From Thermoplasmatales archaeon (GTDB lineage: Archaea > Thermoplasmatota > Thermoplasmata > Thermoplasmatales > Thermoplasmataceae): DNA of 29,473 nucleotides. Where the stretch lies: positions 1 to 29,473 of the forward strand of contig DAIDBH010000009.1 in NCBI GenBank assembly GCA_027310185.1. Direction: 5' to 3'. Below the pieces are notes generated by a model. The model was not told the DNA's origin, did no database searches, and worked only from the letters and a program-made list of their open reading frames with translations. Below are positions 28,256 to 29,473 of the stretch, one piece after another. How positions within the stretch are numbered: position 1 is the stretch's first letter; each line of letters opens with the position of its first letter. The position numbers and the translations under genes are program-made.

Positions 28256-29473
28256 GCTTCAATAGGGCCATGATTTTTCAATCATGGATAGACCGAATGC
28301 CATATAGCATAATTTTTAACAAATATGCTTCAATAGGGCCATGATTTTTCAATCATGGATAGTTATCAAAGCCAGGGAAATACCCGATGCTTCAAGAAGG
28401 GCTTCAATAGGGCCATGATTTTTCAATCATGGATAGTTTGTGCTATCACCAAGAACGCATCGGGAAAGATATAGCTTCAATAGGGCCATGATTTTTCAAT
28501 CATGGATAGCCGCTCGAACAATTAAAAATTGTCAAGCCCACCCAATGCTTCAATAGGGCCATGATTTTTCAATCATGGATAGATCCAGTTGCCCGTAAGG
28601 GCGGAGATGCAAGAATGTATAGCTTCAATAGGGCCATGATTTTTCAATCATGGATAGTATCCTATCTATCTATCTATCTCTATGTGATAAACATGAATGT
28701 GCTTCAATAGGGCCATGATTTTTCAATCATGGATAGGTACGGACTACGTCATCAAGAGATGCCCTAATAAGGACGCTTCAATAGGGCCATGATTTTTCAA
28801 TCATGGATAGACAATTATCATATTGAGGAATATGGCAAACATAACCGAAGCTTCAATAGGGCCATGATTTTTCAATCATGGATAGACAATATTATCCTGT
28901 CACCTATTCGGTCAAATGGATCTGGCTTCAATAGGGCCATGATTTTTCAATCATGGATAGCTGTGTATGTAAGAAAGCATCCTGCTTTCACGTTGTGTAG
29001 CTTCAATAGGGCCATGATTTTTCAATCATGGATAGGGGAATGGCGGTATAACCTGCGTGTGATACACAGTTCCTGCTTCAATAGGGCCATGATTTTTCAA
29101 TCATGGATAGCCCTTTTTATCTTTAGGATTTTCCTTCACCGTAGGCAGCTTCAATAGGGCCATGATTTTTCAATCATGGATAGGCGAGAATATGTGGGAC
29201 TGCAAGAGCATGCAATGTGGCTTCAATAGGGCCATGATTTTTCAATCATGGATAGATCCTTCACAATATTCTGACATCCGGGGGATACCTTGGCTTCAAT
29301 AGGGCCATGATTTTTCAATCATGGATAGAATAATGTCATTAACCCAACTAATATTATCATGGTAGCTTCAATAGGGCCATGATTTTTCAATCATGGATAG
29401 TGTGGAAACTTACCCAGAGGTTGTGGATTGTCTTATTGCTTCAATAGGGCCATGATTTTTCAATCATGGATAG
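28256..29473 (-). CRISPR. CRISPR array, 17 identical 36-bp repeats and 16 spacers (35-43 bp), runs to the window end; type I-G(I-U)-like repeat
   Basis: Plus-strand repeat GCTTCAATAGGGCCATGATTTTTCAATCATGGATAG. On the minus strand it has an 8-bp stem CCATGATT-GAAA-AATCATGG and a 3' ATTGAAGC handle, which implies minus-strand transcription. Confidence 0.99.

Noticed and set aside
28389-28395. GCTTCAA inside spacer 2, identical to the repeat start
   Set aside because: A 7-bp match is compatible with chance and does not extend.
28789-29157. 122-aa ORF with repeated FNRAMIFQSWI, and the ORF at 28138-28344
   Set aside because: These are translations of CRISPR repeats (75-bp units keep the frame open), not genes.

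Overview
Archaeal DNA, most likely Thermoplasmatales (inferred from gene content: tricorn-interacting-factor-like M1 peptidase, bacterial-type ThrRS with a Zn-ribbon insert, XPB-Bax1, DUF929-like). Bases 1-12.7 kb are mostly housekeeping genes, including an xpb interrupted by an amber stop and a frameshift. Bases 12.7-28.2 kb form a decayed accessory island: merA pseudogene, MMPL transporter, DsrE, an ABC transporter, many fused IS fragments (IS630, IS110, IS5, IS3, ISL3, IS1634), a truncated PAPS-reductase/DndC-like gene and an HEXXH metallopeptidase. The window ends inside a CRISPR array (17 identical 36-bp repeats, type I-G-like; no cas genes visible). The most unusual signal is at 22.9-25.9 kb. 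Three related non-coding modules share a CGTAGT-N7-ACTACG dyad core, and each has its own repeated motif: GTTGCATGCAAC, a GTTACATGTAAC/TGTAA array, or eight TAGAC at exact 11-bp spacing. They surround an orphan 362-aa gene and are a candidate origin, centromere or recombination-site family of an undescribed mobile element. All family calls are from motif recognition, not database searches.
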